Shown here in pieces: positions 1 through 10,044 of a stretch of DNA of 36,421 bases. The position numbers and the translations under genes are program-made. The DNA comes from an uncultured Arcobacteraceae bacterium. Lineage in GTDB: Bacteria > Campylobacterota > Campylobacteria > Campylobacterales > Arcobacteraceae. The stretch covers positions 1 to 36,421 of the forward strand of contig CAWVZX010000001.1 of NCBI GenBank assembly GCA_963934755.1. Reading direction: 5' to 3'. The stretch's first letter is position 1. Each line of letters starts with the position of its first letter. Below the pieces are notes generated by a model. That model searched no databases and had not been told where the DNA came from. It worked only from the letters and a program-made list of their open reading frames with translations.

Positions 1-2
1 TT

Positions 3-251
3 AATGGATTATTAGTTCCAGCTGGTTCAACTACTGTATATGACCAAATCTTAGGTAAGAATGCTAAGAGACCTTTCTTACATGTTAGATATAGAGCTTC
101 AGAAACTGAAGACAGAAGATACAAAACTTGGATTACTGGTTCTGCTGGTGGTGCAAGAACTTCTGACTTAGATGCGATGGAAGTCAATTTCTTAAGTGAA
201 AGAGCTGTATGTACTTTAGGTGCAAACAACTTCTTTATCTTTAAGGACTAA
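3..251 (+). CDS. Major capsid protein, C-terminal fragment (5' truncated by window edge)
   Basis: Frame 3 is open from the edge to TAA at 249-251 (NGLLVPAG...RPFLHVRYRASETEDRRYKTWITGS...FLSERAVCTLGANNFFIFKD*). It is followed by a strong terminator and then structural genes. Resembles capsid C-termini of Bacteroidota podoviruses (from memory). Not in the ORF track. Confidence 0.75.
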   Translation, partial: NGLLVPAGSTTVYDQILGKNAKRPFLHVRYRASETEDRRYKTWITGSAGGARTSDLDAMEVNFLSERAVCTLGANNFFIFKD

Positions 252-265
252 TATTATTGTAAATT

Positions 266-300
266 TTACCCCTACTTAGGTGGGGGTAATATTTATTTTT
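266..300 (+). terminator. Rho-independent terminator after capsid gene
   Basis: TTACCCCTAC-ttag-GTGGGGGTAA (10 bp, one G-U) followed by TATTTATTTTT. Confidence 0.85.
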
Positions 301-305
301 TACTG

Positions 306-330
306 AAATTAAATTAAATTAAATTAAATA
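306..330 (+). repeat. (AAATT)n pentamer leader upstream of start codon
   Basis: AAATTAAATTAAATTAAATTAAATA immediately before ATG 333; the same motif precedes several - strand genes. Confidence 0.8.
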
Positions 331-332
331 AA

Positions 333-1091
333 ATGAAAAAAAAAGCAAATTACGTTACTAAAATATATAAGCTTACTGGTAACAAAGCACCTCTCTCATA
401 CATGTTATCATCAAGGCATTCTCAAAGATCTCCTTTGTTATATTTTGATGAAGAACAAGGAATTAATAGACCATTAAGATACGCAAGAAATCAAAAAAGT
501 CCATTTGAAGACAAACAAGACGGTAATGCAATTCTAGAACCTATAGTGTTCGATGATGGTATGCTAGTAGCTCAAAAAGAAGACCAAGTACTACAAGAGT
601 TTTTACATTATCACCCTGGTAATGGAAAAGTGTTTGTAGAGGTTAATAAAGAGCAAGATGCATTAGATGAGCTTTCAGATGCAGAAAGTGTTTTAGAAGC
701 CCAAATAATAGCAAAAGAATTGTCTAGTAATACTCAGAAATTATTACAAGTATCTAGAGTTTTATTAGGTAATGTGGTTGACAACATGACTATTCCAGAG
801 TTAAAAAGGGATTTGTTAATATACTCAAAGAATAATCCAGAAGACTTTATTAATACGATAAACGATCCAATGTTACAATTACAAGATGATGTTTATCAAA
901 TATTTAAAGCTGGGTTCTTACAAACACGAAACAATGGTAAAGAGGTTTATTATAACCTTCCTAACAATAAAAAAAGATTAATATCTGTTCCTTTTGGAGA
1001 AGATGCTAATTGGATTGTTGGTTCGTTTTTTCAATCAGATGAAGGTGTTGAGATATATAAGCTACTTAAAAATCGCTTGAAAAAGAGTTAA
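333..1091 (+). CDS. Conserved phage protein downstream of capsid, function unknown (252 aa)
   Basis: Clean ORF with an A-rich leader, located in the structural module. Confidence 0.7.
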   Translation: MKKKANYVTKIYKLTGNKAPLSYMLSSRHSQRSPLLYFDEEQGINRPLRYARNQKSPFEDKQDGNAILEPIVFDDGMLVAQKEDQVLQEFLHYHPGNGKVFVEVNKEQDALDELSDAESVLEAQIIAKELSSNTQKLLQVSRVLLGNVVDNMTIPELKRDLLIYSKNNPEDFINTINDPMLQLQDDVYQIFKAGFLQTRNNGKEVYYNLPNNKKRLISVPFGEDANWIVGSFFQSDEGVEIYKLLKNRLKKS

Positions 1092-1100
1092 TTAAATAGT

Positions 1101-1108
1101 TATCTTTG
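1101..1108 (+). promoter_or_regulatory. Bacteroidota sigma-A -7 promoter element
   Basis: TATCTTTG matches TAnnTTTG; intergenic, 32 nt before ATG 1141. Confidence 0.7.
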
Positions 1109-1140
1109 TATAATTGTTTAACCCCATAAATTTATAAGAT

Positions 1141-1470
1141 ATGGAAAAATTTTTAAAAGTAACCTTAAGTAGTCAAGATTATCTGATTAACATTAATCAC
1201 ATTCTTACTGTAGAGGCAGGAGCAGGAGCAGGACAAGTAGATATTTTGTATGACATAGTAGCACATACAGCCGATGGAGCTGGTGATACTATTGGAGTAC
1301 AATTAACTGCGTCTACTGCTGATGATGCGGCTAAAGTAAAAGAGCAAATAAATAGCATCGTAGAAGCTATTGAAAATGCATTGTCTACTAGTTGGAATAG
1401 ACCATCATTTGTACTTGAACCAAAATACCCTGTAACAGGTATTGCACAAGTTCAAATACAGTGGGCTTAA
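1141..1470 (+). CDS. Small hypothetical, possibly virion accessory/decoration protein (109 aa)
   Basis: ORF bracketed by its own promoter element and terminator; Ala/Gly/Val-rich. Confidence 0.55.
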   Translation: MEKFLKVTLSSQDYLININHILTVEAGAGAGQVDILYDIVAHTADGAGDTIGVQLTASTADDAAKVKEQINSIVEAIENALSTSWNRPSFVLEPKYPVTGIAQVQIQWA

Positions 1471-1495
1471 TCTAGTTATTTACACGAAAAAGAAG

Positions 1496-1528
1496 AAGAG
1501 GCTTAAACAATTGAGCCTCTTTTTTTTT
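1496..1528 (+). terminator. Rho-independent terminator (possibly bidirectional)
   Basis: AAGAGGCTTAA-acaa-TTGAGCCTCTT followed by a T run; A-rich 5' side. Confidence 0.9.
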
Positions 1529-1531
1529 GTT

Positions 1532-1539
1532 TATATTTG
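1532..1539 (+). promoter_or_regulatory. Bacteroidota -7 promoter element
   Basis: TATATTTG directly after the terminator, 14 nt before ATG 1554. Confidence 0.7.
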
Positions 1540-1553
1540 TAAAAAGAACTAGA

Positions 1554-2570
1554 ATGATTAATTCAGTTAGAAATACAGTACAGGCAATTGCAAACAAGAA
1601 TAATTACGGATATATATCTCCACAAGATTTTAATTTGTACTCGCAACAAGCTCAAATGGATTTGTTTGAAGATTATTTTTATCAATACAATAGTTGGATA
1701 AATAAACAAAACCAAAGAGTATCTGGTACTGGTTATGCAGATATTGTAAAAAGTTTAGTAGAAGTAATTGATAGTTTTTCAGTGACCAAAGGATTAATTA
1801 ATCAAGGAAACAACATGTTTAATCTTCCAACTGATTATTATTATATTAATAAAGTTAATTATTATCCTAATTTTGTAGATAGTGGTTTTACAACTGCCGC
1901 TGGTGTAGCAAATAGATTAACAGATTCTGCAGCACAATTTTCTACTAGTGGTGTAGTCAAAGTTGGACAAATTATTACAAACACCACTGCAAATAGTGAC
2001 TATGCGGGATTCAGTGCATTTATTGTAAGTATAGACAGTAATACACAATTAACATTAAGTACAAACATATTTCCTATTGGAGGCGCTGGGGGTGATACAT
2101 ATTCTACATATAATACGACTGGTATAGTGGAAGTAGAAAGAGTAAATCAAAATAAAATATTTTATTTAAACAACTCTTTATTAACTGCACCAACCACAGG
2201 TTTTCCTGCTTATGTATTAGGCGGAGCTACAAGTGGTATTGTAGGCGCAGCAACAGATTCTACACAAGGTCAATTAGGAAATACTATAATGGTTTATCCA
2301 GCTACTATAACTACAGCGGGATCGGTTATAACAGATTATGTAAGGTATCCATTGCCACCAAAATGGACATATCAAACAGTAGGAGGAACATCAGGGAGTC
2401 CAGAGTTTGATTCAAATCAAGCAGATTATCAAGACTTTGAATTACCTTTATCAGATGAGCCAGGCATTGTTGCGAAGATTTGTCAATATGTAGGGATAGA
2501 AATTAGAGAAGGTGATGTATACCAGTTTGGAAAACAAGAAATAGTTGAAGACAATCAAATACAAATATAG
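1554..2570 (+). CDS. Virion structural protein, probable head-tail adaptor/ring protein
   Basis: True start is likely ATG 1554 (MINSVRN...), because the track start at 1527 lies in the terminator. Position between capsid and nozzle; internal beta-rich insertion. Confidence 0.6.
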   Translation: MINSVRNTVQAIANKNNYGYISPQDFNLYSQQAQMDLFEDYFYQYNSWINKQNQRVSGTGYADIVKSLVEVIDSFSVTKGLINQGNNMFNLPTDYYYINKVNYYPNFVDSGFTTAAGVANRLTDSAAQFSTSGVVKVGQIITNTTANSDYAGFSAFIVSIDSNTQLTLSTNIFPIGGAGGDTYSTYNTTGIVEVERVNQNKIFYLNNSLLTAPTTGFPAYVLGGATSGIVGAATDSTQGQLGNTIMVYPATITTAGSVITDYVRYPLPPKWTYQTVGGTSGSPEFDSNQADYQDFELPLSDEPGIVAKICQYVGIEIREGDVYQFGKQEIVEDNQIQI

Positions 2571-2573
2571 ATT

Positions 2574-3482
2574 ATGGCATATTTAAACGATTATCAATAT
2601 TATGCAAATGAAGGAGGAACTCCTAGGGATAAAAACTGGGGATCATATCAATATGTTAGTTTAAATGACATTGTTAACAATTTTATGTTAATGTATCAAG
2701 GTAACAACGAATTGGTTAATAATGATTCACGATATAAAATATTATTTCATGCAAAAAGAGGAATTCAAGAATTGAATTATGATGCTATGAAAGAAATAAA
2801 AATATTACAATTAGCTTTAGATGATTCATTATTATTTGTCTTGCCACATGATTATGTAAATTGGGTTAGAGTATCTATGTTTCAAAACGGAGTGTTATTT
2901 CCATTGACTGAAAACATACAAACTCAATGGGCTTCTACCTATCTACAAGATAATAACAATAATATATTATTTGATCAGAATGGGAATGTGTTAAAACCAC
3001 AAGATTCACCTTTAGATTTATCAAAAAGAAGTATTTATTTAAACAATCAAAGCATTTATGATGGTTGTGAAGGTTATTGTGTAGATGGCATGTGGTATTT
3101 TGATTTTGCTGTTGGTGGACATTTTGGTTTAAATACTGAAACCGCAAATAATAATCCTACTTTTTCTATTGATAAACAAAGAGGTGTTATTAATTTTAGT
3201 TCAATTGCATCTGGACAATCTATTGTATTAGAATATGTTTCTGATGGAATGGAAAAAGGTAATGATGCTGACATCAGTGTAAATAAGTTATTTGAAGAAT
3301 TTATTTATGCATATATTAAGTTTTCTATATTAAATGGTAAATTAGGTGTTCAAGAATATATTGTAAACAGAGCTAGAAAAGATAAGTCTTCTTTATTAAG
3401 AAACGCAAAAATTAGATTAAGTAATATACACCCTGGTCGACTATTAATGAACATGAGAGGTCAGGCAAAATGGATTAAGTAA
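2574..3482 (+). CDS. Virion structural protein, probable tail tubular/ring protein (302 aa)
   Basis: Synteny just upstream of the nozzle; LPHDYVNWVRV-type motif seen in podovirus adaptor proteins. Confidence 0.6.
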   Translation: MAYLNDYQYYANEGGTPRDKNWGSYQYVSLNDIVNNFMLMYQGNNELVNNDSRYKILFHAKRGIQELNYDAMKEIKILQLALDDSLLFVLPHDYVNWVRVSMFQNGVLFPLTENIQTQWASTYLQDNNNNILFDQNGNVLKPQDSPLDLSKRSIYLNNQSIYDGCEGYCVDGMWYFDFAVGGHFGLNTETANNNPTFSIDKQRGVINFSSIASGQSIVLEYVSDGMEKGNDADISVNKLFEEFIYAYIKFSILNGKLGVQEYIVNRARKDKSSLLRNAKIRLSNIHPGRLLMNMRGQAKWIK

Positions 3483-3483
3483 T

Positions 3484-6400
3484 ATGCCTATAGTAACTAC
3501 AAATTTTGTACGTGGAAGAATGAATAAAAGTGTGGATGAGAGACTTCTCCCTCCAGGCGAATATGTCAATGCAATAAATGTTAGGTTAGGATCAACAGAG
3601 AGTACTGAAATTGGTGCAGTTGAAAACTCTAAAGGAAACACAAAGCTTACTACATTACAATATGAGAATGCAGATTTAACTGATGCAACATGTATTGGTG
3701 CTTATGATGATGGTGCAAATGAAACTATATATTGGTTTATAACTTCAACAACTGTAGATATGATTGTGTCTTTTGACACTAAAAGTGAATTAATTACTTA
3801 TCATGTTGTATCTGTAAGTGTATTAAATTTTGACACAAAACACCTTATAAATAGTGTTAACAAAATAGGTGATTTATTGTTTTTTACAGATGACATAAAT
3901 CCTCCAAGAAAAATTAATGTAAATAGAAATTACCCTAGTCCAGCATCTGGTGCAGATGTTTTAACCGACAAAGAATTAAACGTCATTGTACAACCACCAT
4001 TAGCTGCACCAACCTTTAATTTAATATCACAGGCCACTGAAGCAAATTATATGGAAACCCGTATGATATCTTTTGCCTATAGATATAAATATCAAGATGA
4101 TGAATATAGTGCATTATCTCAATTTACCGACATAGCCTTTGTTCCAGGTGTATTTAAGCTCGATATAGCCACAAACTTAAATAGTGGTATGAAAAACATA
4201 TATAATGCAGTAGAGCTTAGTTTTAACACTGGAGATTCTAATGTTGTTGGTGTAGACCTAATATTTAAATTTGCAGACTCAAATGTTTTAAATGTAATTG
4301 AAAGATTTAACAAGTCTAACTATGGATGGCCAGATAACACTATTCAAACACAAACATTTAGTAATAGCAAAATATATACTATACTTCCAGATAGTGAGTT
4401 ATTGAGGCTTTATGACAATGTGCCAAGAACTGCGAAAGCTCAAACTTTAATGGGTAATAGACTTGTTTATGGTAACTATGTAGATGGTTACAATATGGTA
4501 GATAGTGATGGCAATAGTTGTCAAATGACTTTTGAAGCAGAAAGAGTAAGTGCTAATATAGAAACAAACGATTTTACTCCTACATTAGTAGGTGGTGTTC
4601 AATACACTATAGACACACCAGAGAATATTGCAAACAGTACTATTTCTGTAGATTTATCAGATATAGCTACAAAATTAAAAAGTGGTGCAGTATTGGATTT
4701 TGATTTTACATTTATAAGTTCAAAATTTACAGGTAATAGTGGAACTATAACAACATCACAACCTTCAACAGATATTTCTACAATATTTACATTAGCACAA
4801 GACTTTACTAGTGTTTTTGAAATGGTAACTAGTGTTGATTTTAAAACAAGAATTGGTAGTGAACCTGCGTATTTTACAACTGTTGCAAATGCATGTACTA
4901 ACGGAACAAGTTTAACTGATATATTTAATTGTGCAGTAACTAATCCTGGTGACAGTAATTCTGCTATAACATGGCTAAAAAGTGAAAGTGGTATTTCAGG
5001 ACTAAATCAAGGAATTAGAATAACCGCACAACCAGGCTCTAATATAGTTACATTTCAAATTCCTGCGATGAAGTTTGTTGATTCAAATGCTTCAATAGGT
5101 ATTTCAGCACCTTTGTATGAATATTATAAATTTACATCTGGGGAAGTGTTGTTTTTAGGAAATGGCAACACAAAAAGTTTGCACAGTAATAGAAACTATG
5201 AAGTAGGTGTGGTTTATATGGATGAATATTTAAGAAGCTCAACTGCTTTAGTCTCACCAGATAACACAATATTTACACCAGCATCTACATCAAATCAAAA
5301 AAATCAAATTAAAGTTACTATACCTGTAACACAAAAACCTCCATATTGGGCATCTAAATATAAGTTTGTTGTAAAAAGAGCAGAAGGTCCATATGAAACT
5401 ATATATAGTAATTTTTACTATCGAGACACCACAACCAATACAGTATACTTTAAATTAGAAGGACAAAATCAAACTAAGGTTAAAACTGGTGAAATACTTA
5501 GGGTTAAAGCTGATACATTTGGACCTTTATCCAACTACCAAACACAAGAAGTGTTAAGTGTAGATGCAAAAGAACAAAACTTTTTAACTCCTGCGGCAAA
5601 TATTGAATCAGGTGGTGTAGAGCCTTATATATCTGAGTTATCTGGTTTATATATGGAGTTAAAACCTACAAACTTTAATGTTGATACATCTGAAGATTCA
5701 TCTGCATGGAGCTCTGGAACAGAATCAGATCAATCAAGAAGAAATTATCCAAGTATACAAATACCATGTTTTAGAGATAGAACGAGTAGTGATATAAATG
5801 TTGAAGTGCCAGAAGGTAGTTTAGTTACATTTGATTTTGAGTTTTTTAGAAGTGAAAGAAACAACAATGCAGGTTCAGAAATTTACAATTATAACAAAAC
5901 ATTTCAAGCATCTAATGATTATGACAATTTATATGATTTTGTAGTTGGTGAGGCGATTGATTTTACAGGTGGTACCGACACAAGCACAGATGATTCAGGT
6001 GCAAATCAAAATGTATTTATTAACGAAAATCCATTGCCTTCTAAAAGTATACCTGGAAGAATACAAGGTAAGAATCAATATAGGTTTTCTACAACTAATG
6101 GTGGTGCACCATCTACAGGAACAGGACAAACTAATTTTTTATACTTAGCGTTAAAAAGTGGTACAAGAGGAGTTGGAGGGCATCCTTCAAGAGTAAAAGG
6201 AAGAATAGCTGTACAAGTAGCAAATTCAATAATAACATTTGAATCAATACCAGTAGATGTAGATAATGATATATATTATGAGGATGATGCATGTTATGAT
6301 ATAACAGGAGGTTTTCATACTGGTACTACACAAACTCAAACATCTACTTTGCCAGCGATAAGTACACTGGGATTTTTTGATTGTTTTTCTTTTGGTAATG

Positions 6401-8307
6401 GTGTAGAAAGTTTTAAAGTAGAAGATTCTCTTATAGGGCAATCGTTTACTTTGGGACAAAGAGTAACATCAGTATCCGATCAAGATTATAAAGAAGCAGA
6501 CAGATTTGCTGGAATGACTTACAGTGGTCTATACAGTGAAGAATCTAATATAAATAGATTAAATGAATTTAATTTAGGTTTAGCAAACTTTAAAGATTGT
6601 GAAGTTATATATGGACCTATAGAGGTTTTACATAGTAGAGAAACAGATATAATGTGTTTACAAGAAGATAAAATATCTTATGTATTAGCACAAAAAGATG
6701 TATTAACAACTGCAGCTGGAGGTGGTGCGCTATCAGCATCACCATTAATTTTAGGTCAACAAGTTGCTAGAATAGAAGAATATGGCATAAGTAGTAATCC
6801 TGAAAGTTTTGCATCTCATGGTGATTCTATGTATTTTACTGATGCAAAAAGAAATGCAGTAATTCAATTAAAAGGTGCAGGAAGACAACAGGCTTTAGTT
6901 GTTATTTCTGAACTAGGAATGAGGTCATATTTTAGAGATTTATTCACACAAAATTTTAATAAACAAAAATTAGGTGGTTTTGATCCATATATGAATGAAT
7001 ATGTATTGTCTTCATCGGTCACAAATATACCAAGTTCTATTGTGCCTTTATCATGTGGCACATTAATATCAAGACAATCAGTTACGAATGCCTCTTCATA
7101 TTCTATAGATTTTGGAAATGCACAAGGAGTTGTAAGTTTCGATTATAATGTGACTGGCACAGTTACTTTATTAGTGGTTTGGGACAATGGAACTGTTATA
7201 AATCAGTCAATTACTGGAAGTGGTTCACAAACATTTAATAAAACAAAAGCGAACCCTTCTACAGCAACAGTTACAATAACTCCATCTGCTAGTGTTACTT
7301 ATGAAATTACACCACAATGTCCAGTAACAAATGAGATTGTTGTTGTTCAAATAACTTTAGGTTCTCCAGTAGAAGACGGTAAATTTATTCATAATCAATA
7401 CTACTGGAATAAAGGAACATTAACAAGTCCAGTTTCGAGTGAACTTGTAAGATTTAACTCTGCTGATCCTGTAGAAAGTTTTATATCTACTACTGGACAA
7501 ACTTCAGTAGGGATTATGCCAGTATCAGGTGCAAGTATAACAATGCAGTCTAATAAAAAAGATTTTGATGATTTTGTGTTCGATGCAACAGTAGATAAAT
7601 TTAAATATTTAGTGAGTCCAATAGAATATATTGCCAATGATTGGGCAATAATAGATGCTGCATCTACTAATGTTACTCCAATTACAAATCCTTCAACTGG
7701 ATTATATCAAGCATCATTTACATATACTAATGGTAGCCCTATAACCGACAAGTATTTATATATGATTTGGGATTATAGAAATGTTACAAACTTAGTTTTG
7801 AGAGATGGTTCAACAGAACTTATTTCATGTTGTTCTGGCTCTTCAGCTACATATTATATAGATACTGATAGTTTTGCTACAGCTACTGCTGTATGGACAG
7901 ATTCAAATTTATATACTAAAGCTGCTAATCAGTTTTATCAAGCAACAAGTATTGTTAGAGAGCAATCAGCTGGATTGCTTTTACCAAGTGTAACATGTGC
8001 ACCTTGTGGTACAGCTATACCATTATGCTCAAGCACTACAGGTGCTTCAGATATATGTTGTACTGGTTGCACATACTCTTCTTATTCTTCTTCTATAATG
8101 AAGTCTTTAAGGTCAGAAGCTTGTGGATTAGCTCAAGATCAAACATATTATCACAATGGAACTGGAACGACACCAGTTGTAAATAATTTTGTATATTCTA
8201 ATAACACTGGAACTACTCTACTTGCAGCGGGATATTATTCTCTGAGTGCGACATCAGTAATATATGTCAACAGCTCTGGTATGGTAGAAAATTTATTAAC
8301 TTGCTAA
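3484..8307 (+). CDS. Tail nozzle/stabilisation (tail tubular B-like) protein with C-terminal Cys-rich accessory repeats (1607 aa)
   Basis: N-terminus F..GRMNKSVDERLLPPGEY..A.N and beta-propeller-like segments (YGISSNPESFA, YFTDAKR, GGFDPYMNEYVLS); last ~430 aa are Thr/Ser/Cys-rich. Confidence 0.75.
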   Translation: MPIVTTNFVRGRMNKSVDERLLPPGEYVNAINVRLGSTESTEIGAVENSKGNTKLTTLQYENADLTDATCIGAYDDGANETIYWFITSTTVDMIVSFDTKSELITYHVVSVSVLNFDTKHLINSVNKIGDLLFFTDDINPPRKINVNRNYPSPASGADVLTDKELNVIVQPPLAAPTFNLISQATEANYMETRMISFAYRYKYQDDEYSALSQFTDIAFVPGVFKLDIATNLNSGMKNIYNAVELSFNTGDSNVVGVDLIFKFADSNVLNVIERFNKSNYGWPDNTIQTQTFSNSKIYTILPDSELLRLYDNVPRTAKAQTLMGNRLVYGNYVDGYNMVDSDGNSCQMTFEAERVSANIETNDFTPTLVGGVQYTIDTPENIANSTISVDLSDIATKLKSGAVLDFDFTFISSKFTGNSGTITTSQPSTDISTIFTLAQDFTSVFEMVTSVDFKTRIGSEPAYFTTVANACTNGTSLTDIFNCAVTNPGDSNSAITWLKSESGISGLNQGIRITAQPGSNIVTFQIPAMKFVDSNASIGISAPLYEYYKFTSGEVLFLGNGNTKSLHSNRNYEVGVVYMDEYLRSSTALVSPDNTIFTPASTSNQKNQIKVTIPVTQKPPYWASKYKFVVKRAEGPYETIYSNFYYRDTTTNTVYFKLEGQNQTKVKTGEILRVKADTFGPLSNYQTQEVLSVDAKEQNFLTPAANIESGGVEPYISELSGLYMELKPTNFNVDTSEDSSAWSSGTESDQSRRNYPSIQIPCFRDRTSSDINVEVPEGSLVTFDFEFFRSERNNNAGSEIYNYNKTFQASNDYDNLYDFVVGEAIDFTGGTDTSTDDSGANQNVFINENPLPSKSIPGRIQGKNQYRFSTTNGGAPSTGTGQTNFLYLALKSGTRGVGGHPSRVKGRIAVQVANSIITFESIPVDVDNDIYYEDDACYDITGGFHTGTTQTQTSTLPAISTLGFFDCFSFGNGVESFKVEDSLIGQSFTLGQRVTSVSDQDYKEADRFAGMTYSGLYSEESNINRLNEFNLGLANFKDCEVIYGPIEVLHSRETDIMCLQEDKISYVLAQKDVLTTAAGGGALSASPLILGQQVARIEEYGISSNPESFASHGDSMYFTDAKRNAVIQLKGAGRQQALVVISELGMRSYFRDLFTQNFNKQKLGGFDPYMNEYVLSSSVTNIPSSIVPLSCGTLISRQSVTNASSYSIDFGNAQGVVSFDYNVTGTVTLLVVWDNGTVINQSITGSGSQTFNKTKANPSTATVTITPSASVTYEITPQCPVTNEIVVVQITLGSPVEDGKFIHNQYYWNKGTLTSPVSSELVRFNSADPVESFISTTGQTSVGIMPVSGASITMQSNKKDFDDFVFDATVDKFKYLVSPIEYIANDWAIIDAASTNVTPITNPSTGLYQASFTYTNGSPITDKYLYMIWDYRNVTNLVLRDGSTELISCCSGSSATYYIDTDSFATATAVWTDSNLYTKAANQFYQATSIVREQSAGLLLPSVTCAPCGTAIPLCSSTTGASDICCTGCTYSSYSSSIMKSLRSEACGLAQDQTYYHNGTGTTPVVNNFVYSNNTGTTLLAAGYYSLSATSVIYVNSSGMVENLLTC

Positions 8308-8310
8308 ATA

Positions 8311-10035
8311 ATGGCTACAGATAACACATATTATATAGACACGAGTTTGTTCTCAACAGCTACAGCGGTGTGGTCTGATAGTGCATTAACAACTAAAGCA
8401 CCAGATGGGTGGTATCAAGCACCTACAGAAACTACAGTTACATACCGACAACAAACAGGTGGAACTTTAGGAACTGCTGCAAATTGCGAGTGTCCAGTGG
8501 CATGTGGAAGTAATATTAGTGGAAGTGGTAATGTTGGTAGTTATGTTATTGATATTGATATGGGTAACACCACAGCAGATGTGGGTGCAATAATTGTGTA
8601 TTTTCAACCTTATAATATTCCAGATGGAATTTTAGCAACTTTTGATTCAACAACCTACAACACTTTAACTACTAATGCTCATGGTATTGAATTAGCTACT
8701 GCAGGAGAAATAAATTTTGTAGGTACACCTACTGGAGGTTGTACAGCTAGTGATTTAGAAGGAAGTTCTACCACAGTTTCTAACTACACATATAATGGGA
8801 CTGCTTTTGTAGATACTGGTACAGACACTACTATAGTTATACCATCTTCAGGTACAGTAAACTTAAATGCTACTGGTAATATTTTTTATACTATGGTGAT
8901 ACCTAAACCAAATGCAACACCTTCTAATTTAAGGTTACAGTTGGTTGGGGTTTGTGGTAGTACAGCATTTCAGTTCGATGCTATATGTCCAGCACCTTTA
9001 CCTTCGTTTACTACCAATACAGTTCAAACAAATTCAGGGTTAGCTTGTAGCGCAACTCAAGATCAAACATATTATTTTGCACGAAATTCATCTTCCATAG
9101 GTCAAACTACTCCTGTGCCAGACAGCAATACAGTTCCTCAAGTAGGAAACTTTGTGTTTTCTAACAATACCGGTGCTACAGCTTTAGCTGATGGGTTTTA
9201 TAAATTAGATGCTGCATCAAATACTGTTGCTCAAGTTGTTTCAGGTGTTGTTTCTGCAATTTCAACATGTCCTACTAACACCGCATTTGCATCATCATCA
9301 ACTGCAGCTTCAATTAGTGCGGCATGTACAGATACAATAGACCAAACATTTTATCATAATGGTTCTGGAACATTACCTTCAGTTGGAGATAATGCATACT
9401 CTGATGCTGGTGGAACAACTCCATTATCAGCTGGGTTCTATAAAATAAACGCAACTTCTTATATTGAAATAACTGGTTCAGCTGGACTGGTTAGTGGACC
9501 ATCGAGTTTTGCACTAGGTGTTTCATTTAGTTCAAGTACTAGTCAAGCTAGTGGAACCGATGCATGTGCAGCATCATTAACAACAACATTCTATCATAAT
9601 GGTTCTGGTACACTGCCTGTGGCTAGTGATACTTGTTATACAGATGCATGTAAGACCATTACATTACCTAATGGTTTATATAAAATAACAACTGCAAATG
9701 GAGGTAGTTATATTACAATAACTGGAGGAAGTGGTGTAGTTGCATCTGTAACTAATTGTAGTACTTGTACAGCTTACCCAAGTAGTAATCCTTTAAGCTT
9801 CGGAGCTATATGTAATCCTGGTGCAACTCCATCTATAGACAATATGTACTATCATAATGGATCGGGTACATATCCAGTAAATGGAGATACAGTGTATACT
9901 ACTATAGGATGTAGTAATCCTTTAAATGGTGGTAATTCATACTTTTATATTTATTCAGTAGGATCTAATAATTTTTATATACGTGTTGATTCAAATGGTT
10001 TAGTAATTTTAGATTCAAGTTGTACACCACCTTAA
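8311..10035 (+). CDS. Tail fibre/appendage-like protein built of Cys-bounded YHNGSG repeats (574 aa)
   Basis: Thr/Ser/Gly-rich with four ~75-85 aa repeats (AC...T[FY]YHNGSGT.P..GD..Y.D...T.L..G.Y...G.V....C). Confidence 0.65.
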   Translation: MATDNTYYIDTSLFSTATAVWSDSALTTKAPDGWYQAPTETTVTYRQQTGGTLGTAANCECPVACGSNISGSGNVGSYVIDIDMGNTTADVGAIIVYFQPYNIPDGILATFDSTTYNTLTTNAHGIELATAGEINFVGTPTGGCTASDLEGSSTTVSNYTYNGTAFVDTGTDTTIVIPSSGTVNLNATGNIFYTMVIPKPNATPSNLRLQLVGVCGSTAFQFDAICPAPLPSFTTNTVQTNSGLACSATQDQTYYFARNSSSIGQTTPVPDSNTVPQVGNFVFSNNTGATALADGFYKLDAASNTVAQVVSGVVSAISTCPTNTAFASSSTAASISAACTDTIDQTFYHNGSGTLPSVGDNAYSDAGGTTPLSAGFYKINATSYIEITGSAGLVSGPSSFALGVSFSSSTSQASGTDACAASLTTTFYHNGSGTLPVASDTCYTDACKTITLPNGLYKITTANGGSYITITGGSGVVASVTNCSTCTAYPSSNPLSFGAICNPGATPSIDNMYYHNGSGTYPVNGDTVYTTIGCSNPLNGGNSYFYIYSVGSNNFYIRVDSNGLVILDSSCTPP

Positions 10036-10044
10036 TAATTAACT

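Noticed and set aside
8132-9612. Near-identical DNA repeats in tail genes as a diversity-generating retroelement TR/VR pair
   Set aside because: Repeats are short and all within coding sequence, mismatches are not adenine-specific, and there is no reverse transcriptase in the window
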